Assembly: GCA_964543655.1 (NCBI GenBank)
Contig: CAZIZE010000028.1
Coordinates: forward strand, 1-36,591
DNA length: 36,591 nt
Direction: 5' to 3'
DNA from: an uncultured bacterium
Lineage (GTDB): Bacteria; DYJV01
Part shown: positions 19,085 through 28,503 of the stretch, piece after piece
Numbering within the stretch: position 1 is the first letter of the stretch
How the letters are laid out: every line of letters starts with the position of its first letter
Position numbers and translations under genes: made by a program
The notes under the pieces: generated by a model
Database searches by the model: none
What the model saw: only the letters and a program-made list of their open reading frames with translations
Told to the model about the DNA's origin: nothing

Positions 19085-20896
19085 ATGGAAAAATATTTAA
19101 AAAAAGAGGGAGTCCATCCCTCTTTTTTTTTGGCTATTTTTATAATCTACATACTTTTTCTTCCACCTAACATTACAACAGGAGATTGTGGAGAATTAAT
19201 TACTGCGTCATACCTGCTTGGATTAGCTCATCCTTCTGGTTACCCTCTTTATCTGATTTTAATGAAGCTATTTATTACTATTTTACCAATTGGCAGCATT
19301 CCTTTTAAATGTTCTCTTTTTACTGCTATTTTTTCTGTTATATCATTATATTTTGTGTATCTAATTTTAACTGAAATTACAGATGAAAAAAGTAATCTTT
19401 CTTTATTTGCCATTATCTCTATTGCTTTTTCATATAGTTATTTTAATCAATCTTTATTGGTAAAATTCTATACTTTAAATCTTTTTATTATTTTAACTTT
19501 AATATATCTATCTTTAAAATTAATAAAATCTTACAATAGAAAAATATTGTTTTTAATATTTTTTATTTTTGGAATTACAACTGGCAATCATCACACAGCT
19601 CTACTATTGTCAATTCCATTTCTCATTATTTTATTCAAATACAGAGGTAAAATAAAAGATATTTTCATAGGCTCCTTTTTTCTAATTTATGGATTTCTCA
19701 TAAACTCTTATATTTATACAGTTAGTTTTAAAAAATTTTATTTTAAATTTGTTCAAATAAATAATTTAAAAGACATTTTTAATCTATATTTATTACGAAA
19801 AGTTTATGGAAATATTAGCTCTACTTCATATATGGAAAAATTATTAGATTTTAAATTTTTCACTAATGCATTTAAAAATTATTATCTAATTTTGAAAACT
19901 AATTTTCCACACATACTTATACTACTCATTTTAATAATATTTGCAATCTACTTCCTTATAAAAAGTAAAAAATATGCTATTTTTCTTTTTATGCTCTGTT
20001 CCCTTTTTATTTATACCATAGGTCTTACTATTATGACATTTAGAGATACCTCTGATTTAAGCTTATATGTATACGCTCATCAATATTTTTTACCAGGAAA
20101 CACTCTCATTGTAATTCTGGCTGGAATAGGTTTAATCTATATATATAAAAAATTCTATTTTTTAAACAAGATTAAATACCTTATTATATTTTTTCCTTTA
20201 ATTTTATTCCCAGAAAGGTTTTATGACAGTTTATGGGCAACTAATTTGGTAGACTATGAGCATGGTAAAAATATTAATTTTCAACTACCAATAAATTCTT
20301 TTTACATAACCATAGGGGATATACCTACATTTGAAAGATTTTATCTTGAAAATATAGCAAATTTTCGAAGAGATGTTATAAATGTTATTTTAAAAAATAT
20401 CTCATCTGAAAATTGTATTATTTCAAGAATAACTATTAATAAAAAAAAATATTACTATAAAAGTTTTGATTCTGACTTTTTTTTTCAAACTATTTTAAAT
20501 TCAAATGTAAAAATATACTCAAATGCAATTAATAATTTTTCAAATTTTAAATTTAAGGACAAATTTAGTATTGAAAGAGATGGACTTTTATATATGCTAA
20601 AGGAAAAAATAGAAGCCCCTCTATACAAATTTTCTCCAGATTATTGTATTAATGAAAAAATTGAAGATTTTTTTAATGATAAAAATAGGAAAATTATGGT
20701 AACAAATAGTCATTTCAAATTTTTTAAATTTTTAGACCCGGTTCCATGTTTACAACATTACACTGATGACTATTTTTCGTATAAATTATGTATAGAAATG
20801 GCTTTGAAAGATAATTTTATGCCATTAATTACTCGTTCAAAAATTTTGAAATGGAATGACATTGAAAATTTATACATCTATGTTAAAACTCATTAA
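19085..20896 (+). CDS. DUF2723/TMEM260-like polytopic membrane glycosyltransferase (GT-C), putative protein O-mannosyltransferase
   Basis: First loop GDCGELITASYLLGLAHPSGYPLY matches the DUF2723 signature GD-x-GEL...HPxGYPLY; GNHH motif; about 10 hydrophobic segments; GD-x-x-x-F in the C-terminal soluble domain. Confidence 0.8.
   Translation: MEKYLKKEGVHPSFFLAIFIIYILFLPPNITTGDCGELITASYLLGLAHPSGYPLYLILMKLFITILPIGSIPFKCSLFTAIFSVISLYFVYLILTEITDEKSNLSLFAIISIAFSYSYFNQSLLVKFYTLNLFIILTLIYLSLKLIKSYNRKILFLIFFIFGITTGNHHTALLLSIPFLIILFKYRGKIKDIFIGSFFLIYGFLINSYIYTVSFKKFYFKFVQINNLKDIFNLYLLRKVYGNISSTSYMEKLLDFKFFTNAFKNYYLILKTNFPHILILLILIIFAIYFLIKSKKYAIFLFMLCSLFIYTIGLTIMTFRDTSDLSLYVYAHQYFLPGNTLIVILAGIGLIYIYKKFYFLNKIKYLIIFFPLILFPERFYDSLWATNLVDYEHGKNINFQLPINSFYITIGDIPTFERFYLENIANFRRDVINVILKNISSENCIISRITINKKKYYYKSFDSDFFFQTILNSNVKIYSNAINNFSNFKFKDKFSIERDGLLYMLKEKIEAPLYKFSPDYCINEKIEDFFNDKNRKIMVTNSHFKFFKFLDPVPCLQHYTDDYFSYKLCIEMALKDNFMPLITRSKILKWNDIENLYIYVKTH
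19099..19131 (+). terminator. Intrinsic terminator after pilA, overlapping the 5' end of the next ORF
   Basis: A7-GAGGGA-gtcca-TCCCTC-T9: a 6-bp stem flanked by A and T tracts. Confidence 0.8.
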
Positions 20897-21488
20897 AATA
20901 TTAATTTTAATTCTTTTAATTTTGATTGCAAGAGTATTTTTTGATGAACTTCGTTTCTACAATGAAGCTGAAAAATACTTTAATGAGAATAAAATATTAA
21001 TAGCAATTGATTATTACGAATTAGCAATAAATCAATATTTACCATTCTCTCCTATTGTAAAAAAAGCCACTTTAAACTTATTAAAAATTGGAGAAAATTT
21101 TGAAAAAAAGGGGAAATATAAAGAAGCTCTATATGCATTTGAAAATTTGAGAAGTGCTTTTTTACAAGCAAGAAGCTTTTACACTCCAAATAAAAATTTG
21201 ATTAAAGAATTAAATTATAAAATCGCTAATATTAAAACATTAATTCTTCAAAAAAAATTAAAGTGTAATAATTACAACACTTGTTTTAAGAAGGAGTTAG
21301 AAAATTTAAATTCTTTTAACAGTGAGGTATCTACCTTCTGGAGCTTTATTAGTTGTATATTCTTTTTATTATGGATATTTTCTGTACTTTTATTAATTTT
21401 TAATTTAAAAAGTATCAAACTTTTCTACTTAATTTTACTTAATATTTCTACTTTTTTATTATGGTTAATAACTCTGTATTTAACTTAA
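20880..21488 (+). CDS. Hypothetical membrane protein with TPR-like helical region
   Basis: Likely start ATG 20880 (MLKLIKIL). N-terminal TM segment, helical AEKYF..AIDYYELA..ALYAFENL pattern and two C-terminal TM segments. Confidence 0.7.
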   Translation: MLKLIKILILILLILIARVFFDELRFYNEAEKYFNENKILIAIDYYELAINQYLPFSPIVKKATLNLLKIGENFEKKGKYKEALYAFENLRSAFLQARSFYTPNKNLIKELNYKIANIKTLILQKKLKCNNYNTCFKKELENLNSFNSEVSTFWSFISCIFFLLWIFSVLLLIFNLKSIKLFYLILLNISTFLLWLITLYLT

Positions 21489-21532
21489 ATATATAGTTGA
21501 AAAAATTAATTTATAAAGTTATGGGTCATTTT

Positions 21533-22252
21533 ATGAAGACTCTTATAATATTACCTACGTATAATGAAGCAGAAAATATTGAAAAAATACTAAATTTAAT
21601 TTTAAAACATAACTTTGTTGAAATTCTTATAGTTGATGATAACTCAACTGATGGAACTAAGGAAAAAATAAAAAAAATTTTATCAAAAAGTAATAGAGTC
21701 AACTTAATAGAAAGACCATCAAAATTAGGTCTTGGTACAGCCTACAAAGAAGGTTTTAAGTGGGGACTTAATAGAGGTTATGAAATCTTTTTTGAAATTG
21801 ATGCTGATTTAAGCCATGACCCTGCTGAAATTCCCAATTTTATAAAAAAAATAGACGATGGTTTTGATGTTGTTGTAGGGTCAAGATATTTAAATGGTAC
21901 AATTAGCGTTGTTGGATGGGATTTTAAAAGATTACTGCTTTCCAAATTTGGCAATTTTTACGCATCAACTTTACTTAACTTAAAACAATTTACAGACCTA
22001 ACAAGTGGTTACAGATGTTATACTAAATATGCCCTTGAAAAAATAGATCTCGAAAATATAAATTCTAATGGTTACGCTTTTCAGATAGAAATGGTTTATC
22101 ATGCTTATAAAAATAATCTTAAGATTGCAGAGATACCGATTATTTTTTACGAAAGGGAAACTGGTGGCTCAAAAATGAGCTCTGAGATAGTAAGAGAGGC
22201 TATTTTTTTACCATTTAAATTAATGGGAAATACAATTTTTCGATTAAAATAA
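21533..22252 (+). CDS. Polyprenol-monophosphomannose synthase-like GT2 (Ppm1/DPM1 family)
   Basis: Start ATG 21533: MKTLIILPTYNE, VDDNSTDGT, GLGTAY, DADLSHDP, VGSRY, DLTSGYRCY, SNGYAFQIEM and ERETGGSKM. Confidence 0.88.
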   Translation: MKTLIILPTYNEAENIEKILNLILKHNFVEILIVDDNSTDGTKEKIKKILSKSNRVNLIERPSKLGLGTAYKEGFKWGLNRGYEIFFEIDADLSHDPAEIPNFIKKIDDGFDVVVGSRYLNGTISVVGWDFKRLLLSKFGNFYASTLLNLKQFTDLTSGYRCYTKYALEKIDLENINSNGYAFQIEMVYHAYKNNLKIAEIPIIFYERETGGSKMSSEIVREAIFLPFKLMGNTIFRLK

Positions 22253-22327
22253 AGTTATTAATCAGTACCAAATTTTCTTAAAGAAACTTTTTAAAAATAT
22301 ATCATAAAAATACTTCACAATTATTAT

Positions 22328-23698
22328 CTATTTAACAATCTTAGGTGTAATAAATATTAAAAGTTCACCATTTGATCTTTGATTGATTTTATTTCTAAAG
22401 AGACCACCAAAAATCGGTATATCTCCAAACAATGGTACTTTTGTTTCACTTTTAGAATTAAAATTCTCCAATATTCCACCAATAACCGCTGTTTCACCAT
22501 CTTTAACAAGCAATTTTGTTGTTATCTCCTGTGTGTTAATTGATGGCTCACCATTAACAGTAATTTTACCAACACTATCTTTGGTTAAATGCACTTCAAT
22601 AGAAATAATACCATTTGCAGAAATATGAGGAGTAACTTCAAGTTTTAATTTCGCATCTTTAAATTGAGTTTCAGTACCAGCATCACTAACAGATTTGTAT
22701 GGAATCTCAACACCTTGCCCAATGCTTGCCTTTTCATTATTAAGAACAAGAACTTTTGGGCTTGAAATTACTTTGGCAAGATTTTTTGATTTCAAAGCTG
22801 TAAGCTTAAACGCAATATTATAAAAACCCCATTTCCCAAAAATCAAACCAATCCCACCAGCTGGTGCTGAAATTGTTGGTAGATTTACAATATAATCAGA
22901 GGGAATTGAAACTTCTTGCAAATTAGATGTTGAAGAAACACCAGAAGGTATAGCATTGGTTATTGAACCAGCACCTGGGAATTCTGAATTTATAGAAGGT
23001 GTAGTTGTTGTAGTTGTAGTTTCACCTGTTTCAGTATTAGAAGTATAACTTGTCCCTCCTTTTATTCCATAGAAAAAATTACTGGAACCTAATCTATCAA
23101 CATAAGAACCACCCCACTGGATTCCTAATTCTTTTGACGCATCACTATTCATAACAACAATTTTTGCTTCAATCATTACCTGTTTTGTAGGTTTATCTAC
23201 ATTTTTTATAAAATTTTCTATTTTTGAAATATTACCAATAAAATCCTGGACAAGAAGGCTGTTTGTCCTTGTATCTACTATAACTTTACCATCTTTTGAA
23301 AGTAAGTTTTGAACCTGCTCTTTAATATCCTCTGCTTTTGAAAAGTTTAAATAAAATATTTTGCTCTTTATATTCTCTTTTCCCTTAATTTTTTCAACAT
23401 TTTCCTTTTTATCAATAAATATAATGTTATCCTTGCAATAATAAGCATACCCTGAAATATTTGTAATTACTTTTAAAGCATCTTCAAAGGTCACATTATC
23501 AAGGTAAATTGTTACTTTTCCAGAAACAGAAGGAGGAATCACAACATTCTTCTTTAAATATCTTGCAAGATTGATTATTATATCATGAATATCCACATTC
23601 TTTAAATTTAGAGAAATTCTTTTATTGTTTACAGAATTTCCCCATAAATTTAATGAAAATAAAAAGATAAAAAATAGTATAAAGATTTTAGTTTTCAA
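22328..23698 (-). CDS. pilQ: Type IV pilus secretin (short PilQ type, no AMIN domains)
   Basis: Signal peptide; N0 and N3 domains (VDTRTNSLLV); KQVMIEAKIV..ELGIQWG, EIPY, LKLEVTPHI, DGETAVIGG, KVPLFGDIP and ELLIFITPKIV. Confidence 0.9.
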   Translation of the reverse strand: MKTKIFILFFIFLFSLNLWGNSVNNKRISLNLKNVDIHDIIINLARYLKKNVVIPPSVSGKVTIYLDNVTFEDALKVITNISGYAYYCKDNIIFIDKKENVEKIKGKENIKSKIFYLNFSKAEDIKEQVQNLLSKDGKVIVDTRTNSLLVQDFIGNISKIENFIKNVDKPTKQVMIEAKIVVMNSDASKELGIQWGGSYVDRLGSSNFFYGIKGGTSYTSNTETGETTTTTTTPSINSEFPGAGSITNAIPSGVSSTSNLQEVSIPSDYIVNLPTISAPAGGIGLIFGKWGFYNIAFKLTALKSKNLAKVISSPKVLVLNNEKASIGQGVEIPYKSVSDAGTETQFKDAKLKLEVTPHISANGIISIEVHLTKDSVGKITVNGEPSINTQEITTKLLVKDGETAVIGGILENFNSKSETKVPLFGDIPIFGGLFRNKINQRSNGELLIFITPKIVK

Positions 23699-24065
23699 TT
23701 TTCAACACTACCTTTCCTTTATTTATTAAATTTTGCAAAACAACTTTTTGCAAATCTATTGACAATACTTTATAATTACCAATTTTAGCACCTTTGGAAT
23801 AAGTATCTCCATTGAGAATTGCAAAAAACTTTTTATCTATTTTGAAAATAGCAGTTAATTTTAATAACTCTGCAACATTAACTTTTGGTTCGATTTTAAC
23901 TACATTTTCTATATGCTTCTCTTTAATTAAATTAAAACTTATATTAAAATAGTTAATATACTTTTTATTTGCTGGCATATTTAACCTTTCTATTATGCTA
24001 AACCCATAAATATTGGAACTAACAATTAAAATTAAAATACAAAACACTTTTAAACAAATCTTCAT
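23688..24065 (-). CDS. PilP/MshK-like pilus assembly protein
   Basis: Signal or TM segment followed by LKLTAI..AILNG..G.KIG.YKVLSI..VVL, a PilP/GspC-HR-like pattern; lies just before the secretin. Confidence 0.6.
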   Translation of the reverse strand: MKICLKVFCILILIVSSNIYGFSIIERLNMPANKKYINYFNISFNLIKEKHIENVVKIEPKVNVAELLKLTAIFKIDKKFFAILNGDTYSKGAKIGNYKVLSIDLQKVVLQNLINKGKVVLKIEN

Positions 24066-24077
24066 ATCTAAACTCTC

Positions 24078-24641
24078 TTAAGATATAATATAAACAAATT
24101 TGAAAATCATTTCAATTTTAAAAACATCTATATTTTTTTTAATATTTTTAATGTTATAACTTTCTATTGTTAGAAAATCTTGTCTATTTTCAATAATATC
24201 GAGCAGTGAAATAAAATTTTTTAAGGTTGCATCACCTTCAAATTTTAACAATACTTTTCCTCTCTTTTTTTCATACTGTTCTGAAATAAGCTCCATTTTA
24301 GTAAGATTCACATTGCTTTTCAATAGAATCTCTCTAACTGAGGTAATAATATCTCTTCTTGATTTGTTTTTTGTTTTTAAATACCCAATCTCATATTTTG
24401 TTTCCATTATTTTGTCTTTTATTAGTTGAATTTTTGTTAAAATATTTTTATGCTTATTAAATTCATGTATTAACATCTTTATTTTTCTATTCATTTTAAC
24501 AAGCTCTGCTTTTTCTCTTGAGATTTGATAATCAAAATTTTTATATATATGGTTATAAAAAGTAAAATTTATACCTGCAACTATTAAGATAAAGACAATA
24601 ATTATATGTGATAATTTCATGTTTGAAAAAAAGCCTGTCAT
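24078..24641 (-). CDS. PilO/MshJ-like inner-membrane assembly protein
   Basis: TM segment, coiled coil and ferredoxin-like C-terminal pattern (LKFEG..NFISLLDIIEN); synteny. Confidence 0.65.
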   Translation of the reverse strand: MTGFFSNMKLSHIIIVFILIVAGINFTFYNHIYKNFDYQISREKAELVKMNRKIKMLIHEFNKHKNILTKIQLIKDKIMETKYEIGYLKTKNKSRRDIITSVREILLKSNVNLTKMELISEQYEKKRGKVLLKFEGDATLKNFISLLDIIENRQDFLTIESYNIKNIKKNIDVFKIEMIFKFVYIIS

Positions 24642-25201
24642 GCTATTTCCTTTAAAGATAAACTGATTTTAAAATCAAAGTTTTTTAATTTATCTTTTTG
24701 CTCCAAATAATAAAAAGTAACTTTTTTAATTAAATTGTTATCATTTAAATTTGTATAAAAATGGTAAAAAGCATCTGCTGAAACTGCTTTACCTTTTATT
24801 ATAAATTTACCATTTGCATAATCTAAATAAGTAATTCTAATCCCTTTAGCTATATTATTTGCAAGAACCATAAAAGATAAAAATGATGAATATTTGCTAC
24901 TATTGCTAATATAGTAAAGCTCCTTTTTCTTATTAAGGTAATTTAATTTTTTTAAAAGTTCTTTATATTGGTTATGAAATGTTTTAAAGTTATGCACAAG
25001 AATAGAAATTTTCTTTAGTTTCTCCCTTTGCTCTGATAATTTATCATTTAAAAAACTTTTTTCTAATGTAAAATTAAAAGTAACCAACAGTAAAAAAATA
25101 ATATTAAAAATTAGTACAATTAATAACCTTTTTATAAGAAAATGCCTATTCACATCAAATATTACATTATCTGGCAAAAGGTTTAATTCTTTCTTTCTCA
25201 T
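24638..25201 (-). CDS. PilN-like assembly protein
   Basis: ELNLLP motif, TM segment, coiled coil, and IKGKA..FYTNL. Confidence 0.75.
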   Translation of the reverse strand: MRKKELNLLPDNVIFDVNRHFLIKRLLIVLIFNIIFLLLVTFNFTLEKSFLNDKLSEQREKLKKISILVHNFKTFHNQYKELLKKLNYLNKKKELYYISNSSKYSSFLSFMVLANNIAKGIRITYLDYANGKFIIKGKAVSADAFYHFYTNLNDNNLIKKVTFYYLEQKDKLKNFDFKISLSLKEIA

Positions 25202-26148
25202 ACTTCCCTCAACGACGTTCCAAGAATTTCTTGTAAATATGTAAGTTGCTCTACTTTTTCAACATCGGTATTTAAAACAAATTGCTTTAAACCATTGAAT
25301 GTTTCAGAGTCAATCATAAATAATTGAGATAAATAATTTTCTATTCCCTTTATGTTCAAAAATTTTCCAGTAATAATAATTTTTGAAATTGGTTTATTTC
25401 TAAATTGTGCATTGTAAAAATCTATTGTTCTCTGTAACTCTATGGTAAATTTATCAAGAGCTTCTGTTAATGGAAAATTTTCAAAGTTTAAATTTTCTAA
25501 AATTTTTGACTCATCAATTTTGCTCTTTTCATATAGAAAGTTTAAAATATTTTTAAAACCAAAATTCAATTCTCTAAATGTAAAGAGAAGTTCATTATAC
25601 ATTACTATAAAAATTGTTTTATCATCACGCAAATGAATATTCATTACTATCTGGTCTTTAAATTTTGAATTTACAAGCCTTTTTAAAGCAATAATATCAA
25701 CTTCTAAAAATAGAAGTTTATATTTAAGTGATTTAAAGTTTCTAAGAATTGAATCAAGAAAAATTTTATTAACTCCAGCTATGAAAACTATTATTTTCTC
25801 TTTAAAGTTATATGTTTCAAAATCAATATAATATTCATTTAAAGAAATATCAAAAGTTGTCCTGAATCTATTTAAAACTTCCAGTTTTAAATTTGCCACC
25901 TCATTTTGCTCTATTATAAATTGATATTTTAAAACATTGTCATTTATAATATTTAATTTGGTTAGTTTATAATTTTTTACTTTCTGAGAGATTTCCTTTA
26001 ATGCATTGTTAATACTTGTTTTGTCAAAAATATTTATAAAAAATTTAGAACAATCCTCTATAATCACTTCATTTTTCTTTACCGTATAAATAATGTGATT
26101 AATCTCTGAATCACTTAAAATAATGGTATTAATTTTGTTTTGTCTCAT
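25198..26148 (-). CDS. PilM/MshI-like cytoplasmic assembly protein (degenerate actin-like fold)
   Basis: YYIDF, EVDIIALKR and ELQRTIDFY..ISKIIITG match PilM-type patterns; start at ATG 26148. Confidence 0.75.
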   Translation of the reverse strand: MRQNKINTIILSDSEINHIIYTVKKNEVIIEDCSKFFINIFDKTSINNALKEISQKVKNYKLTKLNIINDNVLKYQFIIEQNEVANLKLEVLNRFRTTFDISLNEYYIDFETYNFKEKIIVFIAGVNKIFLDSILRNFKSLKYKLLFLEVDIIALKRLVNSKFKDQIVMNIHLRDDKTIFIVMYNELLFTFRELNFGFKNILNFLYEKSKIDESKILENLNFENFPLTEALDKFTIELQRTIDFYNAQFRNKPISKIIITGKFLNIKGIENYLSQLFMIDSETFNGLKQFVLNTDVEKVEQLTYLQEILGTSLREV

Positions 26149-26839
26149 AGCTCTCAATTAAATATATTTTATTGTAAATTCTTTTTTTTAATAAAGGATC
26201 TTTAACAAGATTGAATGATTTTCTATAATATTTCAATGAATCTTTTATATCTCCTATATTTTCAAAAATAATTGCTCTGTTATATGCTGTCTCAAAGTTA
26301 TCATCTTTAATTTTATTATAAATAGTGATTGCTTTGGAATAATCACCTTTCTCATAATAAGCATTGGCAAGGTATGATATAACATCTCTATCATACTTAT
26401 ATTTTTTTAGATAAAGAGAAAGATTTTTAATTGCTTGATTATACAATTTCTTTTTATAACAAAGGATTCCAAAATATTTTAAATATATCTTTTTATTTTT
26501 CATTTTATTTAAAAAATTGCTCAACTCATTAAAATTATTCATTATAAGATAATATTTTAACTTTATTTCATTAATATCTGAGCTTTCACTCTTTTTAAAT
26601 TTATTTAAAGTATTATAATAAATCTTTTCATACTGGTGGATGTTAAAATTTGTCATATTTTGGCCTGTTTTAAAAAAGATATAATAATTTACTCCAAAAA
26701 CAAGTAATAATATTGCAAAAAATATTATAATTATGTAAAAGCCAAACCTAAAATATTGCAAATTATCAGTGTCAGACTTTCGAATGCTCCTTTTTTTACT
26801 AATATTTTTTAATGGTTTGTTTAAAATATTCATCATCAT
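26129..26839 (-). CDS. Membrane-anchored TPR protein (MshN-like)
   Basis: One TM segment, then TPR motifs (YLANAYYEKGDYSKAITIY, YNRAIIFENIGD..SLKYYRKS). Confidence 0.65.
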   Translation of the reverse strand: MMMNILNKPLKNISKKRSIRKSDTDNLQYFRFGFYIIIIFFAILLLVFGVNYYIFFKTGQNMTNFNIHQYEKIYYNTLNKFKKSESSDINEIKLKYYLIMNNFNELSNFLNKMKNKKIYLKYFGILCYKKKLYNQAIKNLSLYLKKYKYDRDVISYLANAYYEKGDYSKAITIYNKIKDDNFETAYNRAIIFENIGDIKDSLKYYRKSFNLVKDPLLKKRIYNKIYLIESYETKQN

Positions 26840-26848
26840 ATCTAAAAA

Positions 26849-27229
26849 TTATCTCCAGAATTTTAAAAAAATTCTCCTTTTTACATTAAAAATACTACCT
26901 GTTGAATAAATAGAAAAAATCTCTTTACCATCTGGTGTATCTGCAATTTTTTTAAAATTTACCTCAGCTTTGTAGTTCTTTGCATCATTAAAAGTATAAA
27001 TCCTGCTTCCATTTGAAATATCCCCTTCAAGAGCCTCTCTTATTCTAATTTCAGCACCACTTTCTGCTACAAATAAACATTGCAATGAGAGTAAATTTTC
27101 AGAAGAAGTAATTGACGATGTACTCAACATAGAGACAATTGAAACACCAAGAGCGCTAAATATAACCATTAAAATCAATGCATAAGCCAGCATAAATCCC
27201 CTTTTACATCCTGATAATTTATGGAACAT
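26849..27229 (-). CDS. MshP/PilX-like minor pilin
   Basis: KRG|FMLAYALILMV (no E5), CLFVAESGAE and IYSTG..VKRRI; start at ATG 27229. Confidence 0.75.
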   Translation of the reverse strand: MFHKLSGCKRGFMLAYALILMVIFSALGVSIVSMLSTSSITSSENLLSLQCLFVAESGAEIRIREALEGDISNGSRIYTFNDAKNYKAEVNFKKIADTPDGKEIFSIYSTGSIFNVKRRIFLKFWR

Positions 27230-27953
27230 TTCTAAAATGCACCTCATGTTTATATTTCAATGTAACATCGTTTTTTTTTAATGTTAATGCAATTTTCAAT
27301 ATTCCATCTCTCTTTATTGTACCAGGAAAATATTGAAAAGAAACATTATCCACAAAATTTGTCATAATATTGCATGTACCTGAATCTTCACCATTTGAAT
27401 TATCTATTTCATAGCCAAAACAACGAGTTAATTTATCTTCATATTGGTAAATAGTAACAGGAGTATCAACAAGATAGCATCTATTGTATGGTGAATCTTC
27501 TAAAATTGCTTTATCAAATGTCAAAGTCCAGCTATTAGAATTTTTTGTAATGCTTCTAATTGTATAAAGTTTCTGAGAATTATAATTTGAAGTAAAAATA
27601 TCTGAATACGACAAAATATATATTGCTATCTTTTTCCCTTCTAAGTTTAAATTACTGAGGTTATCATATACATTAATTGCATTGGAGCCTGCTCTTTCAT
27701 AAAAAAAACTTTTTGAAAAAAGCAAATATTGCAACAAATTATTTTCTGTTCTTATTGAATTAGGTACAGCATTGTGCAATTCTTTATCCATCCTTTCAAT
27801 TGTAAAATTAATTTCATTGTAAAGTAATGTTTTTACTTTTGTATCGGAATATCCATAAAAAACATTATAAATAATATTTACACCTATTCCAGACACTATT
27901 GCAAAAATAACTATTACAATAATTAATTCTACCAATGTAAAACCTTTTTTCAC
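27219..27953 (-). CDS. MshO-like minor pilin
   Basis: GTG start; KKG|FTLVELIIVIV; ERMDKELHNAVPNSIR and terminal EVHFRNVP are typical of MshO. Confidence 0.82.
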   Translation of the reverse strand: MKKGFTLVELIIVIVIFAIVSGIGVNIIYNVFYGYSDTKVKTLLYNEINFTIERMDKELHNAVPNSIRTENNLLQYLLFSKSFFYERAGSNAINVYDNLSNLNLEGKKIAIYILSYSDIFTSNYNSQKLYTIRSITKNSNSWTLTFDKAILEDSPYNRCYLVDTPVTIYQYEDKLTRCFGYEIDNSNGEDSGTCNIMTNFVDNVSFQYFPGTIKRDGILKIALTLKKNDVTLKYKHEVHFRNVP

Positions 27954-27966
27954 TTTTTAATACCTT

Positions 27967-28503
27967 CTAAAAATTTGCTTTAACAGCAATTAATTTGTAA
28001 CTATCTTTTAATCCTTGACCAGTAACAAATATTTGGATTAATTTATAATTTGTTTTTGAAGAAATATTTTCAAAAACTTTGTTACCAACAACTTTAGCAT
28101 AACTAACTATAATTTTAATATCAAATCCATCTGTCAGCCCAAAATCACTGCTTTTCCATGTACCTGTTTTTACATATGCATTGCCACTGTTTACAAAATC
28201 ATCAACATCATCAAAGTCATCTATTGATGTCTCTCCAGCTTCTGGACCTATATTAGACAACACTGGATTACACTCAGTTAAAATATTCTCACAACCACCA
28301 TTTGGAGTATTCTCATCCCACTTTTTACTGTAAACAACTTCCATTACAGATTGTAAAACTTTAATTGCTCTATTTTGTATTACAGGATCACTTGTCCTTC
28401 CCAATGTATTGTAGTAAAGAGTTAATACACCAAATATCCCCAATGAAAAAACAACAATAAAAAGTATCATTTCTATTAAAGTAAAACCCCTTTTACTGTT
28501 CAT
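27967..28503 (-). CDS. MshD-like minor pilin
   Basis: KRG|FTLIEMILFIVV; SDPV..RA..QSVMEV.SKKWDEN, FDDVDDF and terminal KANF are typical of MshD. Confidence 0.82.
   Translation of the reverse strand: MNSKRGFTLIEMILFIVVFSLGIFGVLTLYYNTLGRTSDPVIQNRAIKVLQSVMEVVYSKKWDENTPNGGCENILTECNPVLSNIGPEAGETSIDDFDDVDDFVNSGNAYVKTGTWKSSDFGLTDGFDIKIIVSYAKVVGNKVFENISSKTNYKLIQIFVTGQGLKDSYKLIAVKANF

Noticed and set aside
22253-22327. Bidirectional terminator between the convergent GT2 and secretin genes
   Set aside because: Only a weak AT-rich inverted repeat (tttctt-a-aagaaa) with no usable loop.
22998-23021. Short tandem gtt/gta repeat in the secretin gene
   Set aside because: Imperfect and simply encodes a Thr-rich loop (ETTTTTTTP); no evidence for a contingency repeat.
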